Positions 33,803 to 42,520 of a stretch of 64,000 nucleotides of DNA are shown piece after piece; position 1 is the stretch's first letter, and every line of letters begins with the position of its first letter. Source of the DNA: a virus (taxonomy: Duplodnaviria > Caudoviricetes); IMG/VR virus record IMGVR_UViG_3300037467_000821, positions 3,162-67,161 of that record; one strand, written 5' to 3'. A program made the translations under genes and the position numbers. The notes under the pieces were generated by a model that was given only the letters and a program-made list of their open reading frames with translations, was not told where the DNA came from and did no database searches.

Positions 33803-34325
33803 CTGGGAGTTTCGGCAGGGGGTCGTAGGGGTCGCTGCTAACCGGGAATACGCTCCGTAATCGAACGGGGGGAGCGTTGCTTCGAAGGGTAATCTCCAGG
33901 GGTCTCCTAGGGGGTCGGAAGTATCCCGGGGGTAGCGACCCCTTTGTAACTTTCTGATAAACTGGGAGTAGGAGCAGGAGAAAAAAGTACTAGGAAAGTT
34001 AGGGGTTTTATACGAGGTGATCGACTCGGGGAAAATGGCCGAAAAACACGAGGAGGCGAGTGCAGACGGAAAAGCCCTGGTCAAAAAACTCCAAGGGGTC
34101 GGAGGGGTCTCCATGGGGGTCGGACCATTTTTGAGAAGCGACCCCCATTTGACCAGGCCTTTTCTTGGAAAACCCAAGGTAAGGGGTCTCGAGGGTCGTA
34201 TCTTCTGGAAATAGTTTCCGTATACGAGAGAAAGTAGCTAAAAGCCCTTCTCGTTTCGGAACTGGTGTCCCTCGTACGCGCTACGCCTTACGCGAGGGAC
34301 TATTTCCGGGGGTTCCGACCCCCGG
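33724..34325. repeat. cluster of about 12 GGGGTC(G/T) repeats with inverted repeats; putative replication origin
   Basis: Copies near 33724, 33733, 33819, 33828, 33899, 33912, 34095, 34104, 34117, 34183; inverse near 33935, 34138; IR 34070-85/34148-63; palindrome 34306-34325. Confidence 0.6.
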
Positions 34326-34351
34326 TAACCATTGTTATACGGAGAGTAATC

Positions 34352-34528
34352 ATGGATATCGAAGGCTTTCACAAGTGTGATGATGGGTGTAACTGCCCTC
34401 ATCATGGGACTCGTATGTACTACGCGAGTCGTCACAAGACGCATGCGTGCCAGGACCCCGAATGCGAGTATGCTTCAGGGTACGAGGACGTGCTCATTCA
34501 GAAGCTCTACCAGAGGAGGAGCAGGTGA
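34352..34528 (+). CDS. small zinc-ribbon protein (58 aa)
   Basis: CPHH..CQDPEC; GGAG SD. Confidence 0.65.
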   Translation: MDIEGFHKCDDGCNCPHHGTRMYYASRHKTHACQDPECEYASGYEDVLIQKLYQRRSR

Positions 34529-34806
34529 GCTTTCCACTCAGCAGCAGTGACCCGGGTGAGACAGAGTTCGGGCATGGCAAGGGTCTGCGCTCGTCGCCCA
34601 CTCAGAACGCCAACAGGTCTGAGGCGATGCAGCCTGCGTGGCCTTTCGACAGGGCACCTGAAGGACCCTGGGGTCTGAGCGTGTACGACCAGGGGAAGGC
34701 TGTGCAGCGGACGGACCCTGCAGAGCCCAACGCCGTGGCGGACATGACGGCCAAGCCCTACACCCCAGGGAACAGGACGGGCACCCAGTGGGTGCGTGAG
34801 TCGTAG
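34525..34806 (+). CDS. hypothetical protein (93 aa)
   Basis: GAGGAG SD, GTGA overlap. Confidence 0.65.
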   Translation: MSFPLSSSDPGETEFGHGKGLRSSPTQNANRSEAMQPAWPFDRAPEGPWGLSVYDQGKAVQRTDPAEPNAVADMTAKPYTPGNRTGTQWVRES

Positions 34807-34991
34807 TGCGAATCCGAGGGCGAGCCTTTCACAACTGGGCCTGGATCAGTGTGGGCTGGAGGTGGCGTGTGGGATTCACTAGGGCAGACAACAAGACTGC
34901 CTTCGGGTGGATAGTGAACGAGCCCAACCTCAAGGGGGTTCGTATTCCACTCACCTGCCACTACCTCTCCGCGTACAGGAGGCGCAAGTGA
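34806..34991 (+). CDS. hypothetical protein (61 aa)
   Basis: Coupled start. Confidence 0.5.
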   Translation: MRIRGRAFHNWAWISVGWRWRVGFTRADNKTAFGWIVNEPNLKGVRIPLTCHYLSAYRRRK

Positions 34992-35197
34992 CGCACAGGT
35001 TCATCGTGGAGGCCAGGAGGGCGCTTAGGAACGGCAAGACAACTCGCGCCCTCGAACTATGCCACCAGCACGCCTCGGCGGGAGAGCACGTGCACTACGG
35101 CTTCGAGATCTGCTGGAATGGCGACTCAGGGTGCGACAAGTTCGTGAAGGAACGCTTCCAGTGGAACGGGGAAGAGCATGTTCCAGTGGTGGGATAA
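34988..35197 (+). CDS. hypothetical protein (69 aa)
   Basis: AGGAGG SD, GTGA overlap. Confidence 0.55.
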   Translation: MTHRFIVEARRALRNGKTTRALELCHQHASAGEHVHYGFEICWNGDSGCDKFVKERFQWNGEEHVPVVG

Positions 35198-35351
35198 GCG
35201 CCAGAAGCAGAAGCGTTGTCTCCATCACGAGATCGGAGGCAACCCAGCGAACTCGAAGCCCGCGTTCTCGTGGATCGAGCAGCGACTGATTGACACGGGG
35301 CGTCGAAAGATGTTCTGGTGTACTGAGTGCGAAAGGACTTGGATCGTCTAA
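35178..35351 (+). CDS. hypothetical protein (57 aa) with CxH/CxxC
   Basis: Hand-translated; TAATG coupling to next gene. Confidence 0.55.
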   Translation: MFQWWDKRQKQKRCLHHEIGGNPANSKPAFSWIEQRLIDTGRRKMFWCTECERTWIV

Positions 35352-35989
35352 TGTCCAAATGGGACGGGGGTGACCCCAGCAAGATCGAAGCCATCCTTGA
35401 CCCCACTGGAGCGATCTCGGTATACCAGGGAAAGCAGATCCCCACTGGCAGGAAGAGGACGCGTTCCAAGGGGTACGCGGGCTATGGGGATCTGGACCCA
35501 CTGAACACTCGTTACTACAAGCTGCTCCAGGGTGAGCTGGATGTAAGCGAACTAGACAACGACGAGTTGCAGTATGGAACCACAAAGTGTGACGATGGCA
35601 AGTTCTCTATTCGAGCCGCGTACCAGGCAGCGAAGATGCCGCCCAAGATTCGTAACGCGATTCGTCGCGAACTGATGAAGCGCGCCACTCAGATGATGGA
35701 GGGCAGCGTACTCGAAGCCACTCAGCGCATCATCGAGATCGCCACTAGTCCACTCAGTGACGACAAGGACGCGTTCAAGGCTTCTGAGTGGTTGATCAAC
35801 AGGACCATGGGCAAGACCCCTGATGTGGTGGTGCACACACAAGAGAAGCCCTGGGAAGTGCTGGTTGCTGATATCTCGCGTGGATCTCGCGACGAGTCGC
35901 GTAGCGCGCGAGGGATCGAAGCGAATCCTCCACTCGAAGGGGAGATCGTGAATGACCCGGATCTCGCTGAGGATATCTCCGTGCCGTAA
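35351..35989 (+). CDS. putative terminase small subunit
   Basis: Position upstream of large terminase, helical C-terminal half; no diagnostic motif. Confidence 0.45.
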   Translation: MSKWDGGDPSKIEAILDPTGAISVYQGKQIPTGRKRTRSKGYAGYGDLDPLNTRYYKLLQGELDVSELDNDELQYGTTKCDDGKFSIRAAYQAAKMPPKIRNAIRRELMKRATQMMEGSVLEATQRIIEIATSPLSDDKDAFKASEWLINRTMGKTPDVVVHTQEKPWEVLVADISRGSRDESRSARGIEANPPLEGEIVNDPDLAEDISVP

Positions 35990-36002
35990 CCATCCCTGCT
36001 CA

Positions 36003-36191
36003 GTGGAACATGCTGAGGTGGTGAATGGTTATCGCGAATACGCGATTCTTTGGGAGCAGCAGGCCGAGCTGGAAACAGGTGGCTACGAGGAAGATATGCG
36101 AATGTATCTGCAGAGCAATCCTCGGCCATTGTTTCGTGATTGGCTGCTCCACTCGAAGAACCGCGTCGAAAATGTCGAGCCGGGCACGTAG
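36003..36191 (+). CDS. hypothetical protein (62 aa)
   Basis: Gene packing. Confidence 0.45.
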   Translation: MEHAEVVNGYREYAILWEQQAELETGGYEEDMRMYLQSNPRPLFRDWLLHSKNRVENVEPGT

Positions 36192-36228
36192 GGTAGGCTA
36201 TCCCCGTCGGCTAGTACAGGAGGGCATC

Positions 36229-36489
36229 ATGGCAGGTGGCGTTACCCCCAGGCCCCGTCGTGGGGCTCTGCAGGAAATCCCGCTGGATCTCCCGAGCACT
36301 CGTTCGGTCGAGTTCGGCAAGGTCCTTGCACTGCACACCGAAGCCACGAACCGCCGGGTCGAGCAGCCCGACGCCACGAACAACGTGCCTGCGGCTTCCG
36401 GCCAGACCATCTCGGGTCGTACGGTCAGCTCGAAGATGAAGATCCGTGGTGGCGTGTTCGCTCCGGCCGCCAAGGACGGCTTCGTCTAG
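36229..36489 (+). CDS. small, probably highly expressed virion-associated protein (86 aa)
   Basis: TAGGGTAGGCT motif at 36189 and AGGAGG SD upstream; biased codons. Confidence 0.7.
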   Translation: MAGGVTPRPRRGALQEIPLDLPSTRSVEFGKVLALHTEATNRRVEQPDATNNVPAASGQTISGRTVSSKMKIRGGVFAPAAKDGFV

Positions 36490-36739
36490 ACCCCGTGCCA
36501 ATGGGGCCTTCGAGCCCTTTGGTTGCGGGCAAAACTCCAGTGGTTCAGGTATTGAACGAGACCATCCATCCATTCGCTTGGAAGATGCGTGCGACGGCCG
36601 GTCGCGAAGCTCGGGCAGTGCGAAGGGCCTGTTCCACTGGATCAACAACCCGGCGTCGGGCCGGGGTGCACGAAGCGAACTCCCACTCGTGGCGACTGCT
36701 CTCCCTGCGAGTGGGAGTTCCTTCCACTTAGGAGAGCAG
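36490..36739 (+). ncRNA. structured intergenic RNA / leader with RBS-pairing pseudoknot
   Basis: Stems 36536-50/36627-41 and 36677-89/36708-20; loop CTGCTCTCC pairs with GGAGAGCAG RBS (36731-39). Confidence 0.55.
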
Positions 36740-37108
36740 ATGACTGAGTCAGGTATCGTGGAAGTTGATTCGGAGGAGTGGGCCCGACTCAACGAGCTTC
36801 TCCGAACCAAGTCCGAAGAGCTTGAGGAGTGTCTGCATCGTCTGGCAGACCAGAACAATCTGCAGATGTCCCTGAGCGACATGACGCAGGAGCGCGACCG
36901 CCTTAAGGCTCTGCTGCTCAGCGTTGTGCCGAACCTGGAGGCGTTTAACATCGACTATCCGGCGGCCGCCATCGCTCGTACGGCCTTCCAGGGCGGGTCG
37001 CCCGAAGAGGTCGCAGAGAAGATGGCGCTCTGGGACGCCTCTCGTGCGCAGAGGATTTCTGAGTGGAACTCGCTCGTCAACAACGTGCGCACGCAGGCGA
37101 CTGTCTAG
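36740..37108 (+). CDS. hypothetical coiled-coil protein (122 aa)
   Basis: GGAGAG SD; directly upstream of terminase. Confidence 0.7.
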   Translation: MTESGIVEVDSEEWARLNELLRTKSEELEECLHRLADQNNLQMSLSDMTQERDRLKALLLSVVPNLEAFNIDYPAAAIARTAFQGGSPEEVAEKMALWDASRAQRISEWNSLVNNVRTQATV

Positions 37109-37117
37109 GCGCACGCA

Positions 37118-38596
37118 GTGGGGATCGACTACTGGAGTGTCCAGGACAGCGTAGGCTGGGAGCCCCATCCTGGACAGCTCCAGATCGCTGAGTCGGCAGT
37201 ACGACACAAGGTAGTTGCAGCAGGTCGTCGTTTCGGTAAGTCCGATCTGGGTGGACACGATCTGCTACCGGAGGCATTCCTTGCGTACGCCCAAAGGGAA
37301 GAGCTGCGCGCGGCCGGAAAGCGCCGAGAATTCTGGATTGTTGGTCCCGAGTACTCGGACGCCGAGAAGGAGTTCCGCGTCCTCTGGAACATGCTCAGCA
37401 AACTCGAAGTACCCTTCGATCGCCCGGGTTCGTATAACGACCCGATTGGCGGTAGTCTGCACGTTTCCCTCTGGGGCGGTGCGTTTCAGGTCCATGGCAA
37501 GAGTGCCAAGTATCCTGACACCCTGGTCGGCGAGGGACTCCGAGGGGTCATTCTCAGTGAGGCGGCTAAACTCAAAGAGCGAGTGTGGCTTAAGTATATT
37601 CGTCCTACGCTAGCTGACTTCGACGGCTGGTCGCTGCACACCTCCACTCCCGAGGGCCGGAACTGGTTCTACGAGAATTGGCAGCGTGGACAGGACCCGA
37701 AGTTCCCCGACTGGAAGTCGTGGCGGATGCCCGCTTGGCGGAATCCGTACGTCTACAAGACGCCCACTTCCGACCGGGACGTCAAGAAGCTCCAGGAGAT
37801 GTTCCGCCTCCAGCGCGGGAAGCGCAGCCATGCGGAACTCGCAGAGCGATACGGGCTGAAGGTCGACAAAGAGATCCTGGCCCTCATGGCTGACCAGTCA
37901 GAGGAGTCGTTCAACCAGGAGATCGCGGCCGACTTCACTGAGTTCGTGGGTCGAGTGTTCAAGACCTTCGACGAGGAAGTCCATGTCGGGGACTTTGGAT
38001 TCGAGCGAAGCTGGGAGAGCTACGCCGCAGTCGACTACGGCTTCACCAACCCGAACGTGTGGCTACTGATTCAGGTCAGCCCCTGGGGCCTCGTTCGAGT
38101 GGTAGACGAGATCTACATGCCGGGCCTGACAGTGGAAGAGTTCGGGGACCTGATCATCCAGCGCGGGTTGAATCCACCGGGGCTGATCGAGTTCTACCCG
38201 GACCCTGCAGACCCTGGTTCCACTCGACAGCTGGAGCAGAAGCTCAAGGTCCGCGCGGTGCAAGCCACCGGCGGGGAGATCAAGCACCGGATTGACGCGA
38301 TTCGCAAGGCACTGAAGTTCGTGAACCCGCACTTGCCTTATGATCACCCAGATCGAGTGCCTGGATTGCAGGTCGCGCGTAGGTGCAAGAACACGATCCG
38401 CGAGATGCAGGCGTACCGCTACCCGGATGCTGAAGACAAACCCGCTACACTAGCGCATGAACAGCCACTCAAGAAGGACGACCACTGCCCCGAGGCATTG
38501 GGACGCTTCTACAAGGGCAAGTTCCTGACTCCCGCCCAGCGCGCGCAGCGAGCACGCGTTCGCAAGGCCAACTTTACGAGGAAGAGGGCATCGTGA
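37118..38596 (+). CDS. terL: terminase large subunit
   Basis: AAGRRFGKS Walker A, VILSEAA, STPEG, DYGFTNP, DDHCPEALGR. Confidence 0.95.
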   Translation: MGIDYWSVQDSVGWEPHPGQLQIAESAVRHKVVAAGRRFGKSDLGGHDLLPEAFLAYAQREELRAAGKRREFWIVGPEYSDAEKEFRVLWNMLSKLEVPFDRPGSYNDPIGGSLHVSLWGGAFQVHGKSAKYPDTLVGEGLRGVILSEAAKLKERVWLKYIRPTLADFDGWSLHTSTPEGRNWFYENWQRGQDPKFPDWKSWRMPAWRNPYVYKTPTSDRDVKKLQEMFRLQRGKRSHAELAERYGLKVDKEILALMADQSEESFNQEIAADFTEFVGRVFKTFDEEVHVGDFGFERSWESYAAVDYGFTNPNVWLLIQVSPWGLVRVVDEIYMPGLTVEEFGDLIIQRGLNPPGLIEFYPDPADPGSTRQLEQKLKVRAVQATGGEIKHRIDAIRKALKFVNPHLPYDHPDRVPGLQVARRCKNTIREMQAYRYPDAEDKPATLAHEQPLKKDDHCPEALGRFYKGKFLTPAQRAQRARVRKANFTRKRAS

Positions 38597-40152
38597 CTGC
38601 GCCGGTGACTTTCACGCCGTACTCCTCGGCACTGGAGTTCTTCGGGAAGAAGGCCGATTGGGTCTCGAACGATGACGACCAGGACCGAATCCGGGCGTAC
38701 GAGCTGTACGACAAGATGTACTGGACAGAGCCCGGCACCTACCTGCTCCAGAAGCGCGGAGAGGACGACCGCGAAGTCCAGATTCCCTCGTCGCGGAAGA
38801 TCGTCGAGGCCACGAACCAGTTCCTCGCGAAGGAATTCGACTACGTAGTCGAGAACGCCACTGGAACTACGGCCGAACAGAAGCAGGCCGACGACTGGTT
38901 CAGGGCGTTCTTCAAGCGCGAGAAGTTCAAGGCCAAGTTCGGCGCGTTCAAGCGCAACATGGTGAAGCGTGGCGACGCCATCTTCCATGTGAAGGCCGAC
39001 GACACGAAGGAAGTCGGGAAGCGCATCTCCATTTTGGAGGTAGACGCGGCCCACTACTTCCCGATCTGGAACGAAGACGAGAGCAGGATGCTCGGCGTCC
39101 ACCTCGCCGAGAAGATCAAGGACCCGCGCGACAAGGACGGTAAGAAGTACATCGTTCGTCGCCAGAGCTACTACCGGCCCGGCGAGGATCGCGACCCGAA
39201 CTGGGTTACCAGCGAGCTGACTTACTGGGAGATCGACGCCTGGGACGATCGGCACCTGGAGGAGAAGGAGCTCAAGCAGGTCACTGACAGTGGCCTCGAG
39301 ACCTTCGAGAAGGTTCTGGATGACATCCCGGTCATTCCGGTATACCACTGCCTGAACATCAGGTGGGGTAGCTGGTTGTACGGCGTCTCTGAGCTGCGCG
39401 GTCTGGAGATGGCCATCGCGGCTGTCAACCAGTCGCTCTCGGACGAGGACCTGACCCTGGTGACGCAGGGCCTGGGTGTCTACTGGACCAACGCAGGTCC
39501 GCCCAAGGACGCCGAGGGCAACGAGGCTGCGCTGGAGATCGGTCCTGGCGTTGTCCTGGAGGTGCCTGACGGCAATTCAGTGGGGCGACTGAATGGGGTT
39601 TCCACCACTGCGCCGTTCTTGGAGCACATGCGTTTCATCCTGGACGAGACGAACTCGGCCCTAGGTGTCAGTGGAGCTGCTGCGGGCAAGGTTGACGTCG
39701 CCGTGGCGGAGAGCGGTATCGCACTCTACCTGCAGCTCGGTCCGCTGCTGGCTAAGAACGAGGAGAAGGAGCAAGAACTCCTCGGCACCATGGACCAGAT
39801 GTTCTACGACATCACGCAGTACTGGGGACCCGCGTTCGACGAGGCAGCGTTCCTCAAGAACGTGGTGGTCAGCAGCGTTGTGGGCGACCCGGTGCCAGTG
39901 AACCGCAACGCAGTGATGACGGAGGTCATCACGCTGCACGACGCCAACCTGATCCTCACCGAGATGGCGATCGAAGCCATCGCCAACAAGCTGGGCTACA
40001 CCTACCCGGCGGGAGCGGCAGAGAAGCTCCTGGAGCAGCAGAAGAGCCGTACCGCTGCGGCCACTCCGGTGGATCCGTTCGCGCAAGATGCTGCTGCCAA
40101 TATGAACCAGGACGGAAACCCGGGCGAAGATCCAGGCGCGCAAGACGGGTAG
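38593..40152 (+). CDS. portal protein
   Basis: Follows terminase; 519 aa; IPVIPVYH..GVSEL, SGIAL motifs. Confidence 0.88.
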   Translation: MTAPVTFTPYSSALEFFGKKADWVSNDDDQDRIRAYELYDKMYWTEPGTYLLQKRGEDDREVQIPSSRKIVEATNQFLAKEFDYVVENATGTTAEQKQADDWFRAFFKREKFKAKFGAFKRNMVKRGDAIFHVKADDTKEVGKRISILEVDAAHYFPIWNEDESRMLGVHLAEKIKDPRDKDGKKYIVRRQSYYRPGEDRDPNWVTSELTYWEIDAWDDRHLEEKELKQVTDSGLETFEKVLDDIPVIPVYHCLNIRWGSWLYGVSELRGLEMAIAAVNQSLSDEDLTLVTQGLGVYWTNAGPPKDAEGNEAALEIGPGVVLEVPDGNSVGRLNGVSTTAPFLEHMRFILDETNSALGVSGAAAGKVDVAVAESGIALYLQLGPLLAKNEEKEQELLGTMDQMFYDITQYWGPAFDEAAFLKNVVVSSVVGDPVPVNRNAVMTEVITLHDANLILTEMAIEAIANKLGYTYPAGAAEKLLEQQKSRTAAATPVDPFAQDAAANMNQDGNPGEDPGAQDG

Positions 40153-40161
40153 GATAAACGC

Positions 40162-40380
40162 ATGGCCTACGACCCGAGGAAGACAGCCAGGGATGCCCTT
40201 GGGCGTTTTGCTGCCAAGGGTCGAAAGGTGACCAAGGGAGTCCGGGTCCACAAGGGCCTGGGCAAAGTCAGAGCTGGTTCCAGGCAGACAAACGTCAAGG
40301 CGAGTGGCGGCCCGATTGCCGGGGTACCCTCCTCGAAGGCGAACAAGAAGCCGAAGATTGGTACCAACGAAGACACCTGA
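40162..40380 (+). CDS. basic protein with YDPxxxxRDxxGRF N-terminal motif (72 aa)
   Basis: MAYDPRKTARDALGRF; K/R-rich. Confidence 0.75.
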   Translation: MAYDPRKTARDALGRFAAKGRKVTKGVRVHKGLGKVRAGSRQTNVKASGGPIAGVPSSKANKKPKIGTNEDT

Positions 40381-40388
40381 GGTGCCCC

Positions 40389-40571
40389 ATGGCGAGGAAG
40401 AAGCGTAAGACCTACGCAGGATTCAAGAGCAAGAAGCAGTGGCGCTGGGCCTTCGCGACCCACCAGCCTTGGGCGCGCGAGAAAGCGCACAAGACTGCAG
40501 GTGGGAAGGTAGTGCGTTTCAGGCGGCTGCCCGAGTCGAAGCACTCTGGCGTGAAGGGCAGGAGGATCTGA
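40389..40571 (+). CDS. small basic protein (60 aa)
   Basis: GAGGTG SD; K/R-rich, QWRWAFA. Confidence 0.75.
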   Translation: MARKKRKTYAGFKSKKQWRWAFATHQPWAREKAHKTAGGKVVRFRRLPESKHSGVKGRRI

Positions 40572-40573
40572 TA

Positions 40574-41140
40574 ATGCGCAGGGGCCGCTTCAATCCCAAG
40601 CAGAAGCGAGACAGCCATGGTCGCTGGACGAGTGGCGGAGGCTCTTCCTTCAAGTCTGGTGGAAAGCTGAAGGCTGTTTCGCGCGCCAGGAAGCCCAAGG
40701 CCCCGAAGACCCAGGACGTGCGCGACCACCAGCGCAAGCTGATCGGGAACGCCATCGGCGCAGGGTTCGCGGCCAGCAAGGGCGACTCGGTTCTGGCCGG
40801 TATCCACGCTGTGGGTGTCGGAACGGCAGCGTACCGACTCGGCTCGAGCAAGGTTTCCGGTTACGTGAACCAGAAGGGCCGATTCAACGCCAAGAAGCGC
40901 GCCACCTTCAACCGCCGCAAGGCCAAGGTAGATGCGGTCGTCGGCCGCGTCGAGAAGGCGCAGAACATCGCGCTCGCAGGACACACGCTTTTCGGTCTGG
41001 CGGCTACTGCAGCCGGAGTCCACAACGCAGGACGAGCAGCCGCAGGCCAGAAGCTTGCGAACGGCCCCCGGCAGCTCGGCCGTACCGCACTGAAGGCCGC
41101 CAAGCAGCGCCGAGGCGTCCACAAGATCACGACCCTGTAG
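40574..41140 (+). CDS. basic protein with FNPKQKRDSHGRW motif (188 aa)
   Basis: GGAGG SD; K/R-rich with Gly/Ala hydrophobic stretches. Confidence 0.75.
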   Translation: MRRGRFNPKQKRDSHGRWTSGGGSSFKSGGKLKAVSRARKPKAPKTQDVRDHQRKLIGNAIGAGFAASKGDSVLAGIHAVGVGTAAYRLGSSKVSGYVNQKGRFNAKKRATFNRRKAKVDAVVGRVEKAQNIALAGHTLFGLAATAAGVHNAGRAAAGQKLANGPRQLGRTALKAAKQRRGVHKITTL

Positions 41141-41149
41141 AGGTGGCCC

Positions 41150-41641
41150 ATGGCGTTCAACCCTCGCCAGCCGCGTGATAGGCACGGCCGCTGGCGTAGC
41201 AAGGGTGGCGCTGTTGGTAGCGCCCTGAAGGAGATCGGCGGAGACCCAGCGCCCAAGAAGGGGATCACCCTTCCTGGCACCGGCCGGGTCACTGTTCGCG
41301 CAGGCCTGAGCTCGGCGACGATCATGTACGGTCGCACTGTTCCACTCATTCCGGGCAAGATCAATGTCCACGTGGGCGTTCTTGGCCGGATCGAGAAGGC
41401 AGGCAGCGGTCCGAACTTCATCGAGAAGCGCGTCGACAACGTCATCGAGCGGATCGCGCAGAGACTGCCCGACAAGGCAGGCGACGTGCTGCGCGGCAAG
41501 AAGACCGACATCGGTGGAGTCACTGTAGGCGCTGGTAAGCGTCGCCGAGTGAATCCCCAGATTCGCGTCAGCAACAAGAAGAAGGCTGCTGGCCGCAAGG
41601 TCCGTACCGACTCGGCTCGAGCAAGGTTTCCGGTTACGTGA
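41150..41641 (+). CDS. basic protein with FNPRQPRDRHGRW motif, copy 1 (chimeric C-terminus)
   Basis: Identical to 41923..42414 except last 11 aa, created by the duplication junction. Confidence 0.65.
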   Translation: MAFNPRQPRDRHGRWRSKGGAVGSALKEIGGDPAPKKGITLPGTGRVTVRAGLSSATIMYGRTVPLIPGKINVHVGVLGRIEKAGSGPNFIEKRVDNVIERIAQRLPDKAGDVLRGKKTDIGGVTVGAGKRRRVNPQIRVSNKKKAAGRKVRTDSARARFPVT

Positions 41642-41913
41642 ACCAGAAGGGCCGATTCAACGCCAAGAAGCGCGCCACCTTCAACCGCCGCAAGGCCAAG
41701 GTAGATGCGGTCGTCGGCCGCGTCGAGAAGGCGCAGAACATCGCGCTCGCAGGACACACGCTTTTCGGTCTGGCGGCTACTGCAGCCGGAGTCCACAACG
41801 CAGGACGAGCAGCCGCAGGCCAGAAGCTTGCGAACGGCCCCCGGCAGCTCGGCCGTACCGCACTGAAGGCCGCCAAGCAGCGCCGAGGCGTCCACAAGAT
41901 CACGACCCTGTAG
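41638..41913 (+). pseudogene. 5'-truncated duplicate of 40574..41140
   Basis: Matches C-terminal 91 aa of that protein; produced by the duplication. Confidence 0.7.
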
Positions 41914-41922
41914 AGGTGGCCC

Positions 41923-42414
41923 ATGGCGTTCAACCCTCGCCAGCCGCGTGATAGGCACGGCCGCTGGCGTAGCAAGGGTGGCGCTGTTGGTAGCGCCCTG
42001 AAGGAGATCGGCGGAGACCCAGCGCCCAAGAAGGGGATCACCCTTCCTGGCACCGGCCGGGTCACTGTTCGCGCAGGCCTGAGCTCGGCGACGATCATGT
42101 ACGGTCGCACTGTTCCACTCATTCCGGGCAAGATCAATGTCCACGTGGGCGTTCTTGGCCGGATCGAGAAGGCAGGCAGCGGTCCGAACTTCATCGAGAA
42201 GCGCGTCGACAACGTCATCGAGCGGATCGCGCAGAGACTGCCCGACAAGGCAGGCGACGTGCTGCGCGGCAAGAAGACCGACATCGGTGGAGTCACTGTA
42301 GGCGCTGGTAAGCGTCGCCGAGTGAATCCCCAGATTCGCGTCAGCAACAAGAAGAAGGCTGCTGGCCGCAAGGTCCGCCAGCCTCGGCAGCCGCGCCAGC
42401 GGAGGTCAAGGTGA
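41923..42414 (+). CDS. basic protein with FNPRQPRDRHGRW motif, copy 2 (native C-terminus)
   Basis: GAGGTG SD; ends RQPRQPRQRRSR. Confidence 0.75.
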   Translation: MAFNPRQPRDRHGRWRSKGGAVGSALKEIGGDPAPKKGITLPGTGRVTVRAGLSSATIMYGRTVPLIPGKINVHVGVLGRIEKAGSGPNFIEKRVDNVIERIAQRLPDKAGDVLRGKKTDIGGVTVGAGKRRRVNPQIRVSNKKKAAGRKVRQPRQPRQRRSR

Positions 42415-42439
42415 CAGTAAGACCCGAGGGGGTGGAACA

Positions 42440-42520
42440 ATGGCGAAGGGCAAGCCCTCTCGCGGCACCGGCAAGGACAAGCGGCTGAGCCGCAACAACG
42501 GAAAGAAGAAGAAGCGTTGA
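42440..42520 (+). CDS. 26-aa basic microprotein MAKGKPSRGTGKDKRLSRNNGKKKKR
   Basis: Hand-translated; TGATG coupling to JAB gene. Confidence 0.6.
   Translation: MAKGKPSRGTGKDKRLSRNNGKKKKR

Larger units (their letters stand above)
40830..42377 (+). repeat. exact 773-bp tandem duplication
   Basis: 40830-41604 identical by eye to 41603-42377; 2-nt CG junction overlap. Confidence 0.92.

Noticed and set aside
34017-34214. 65-aa ORF in the post-primase gap
   Set aside because: Atypical codon usage and composed of the GGGGTC repeats; better explained as non-coding origin-like DNA
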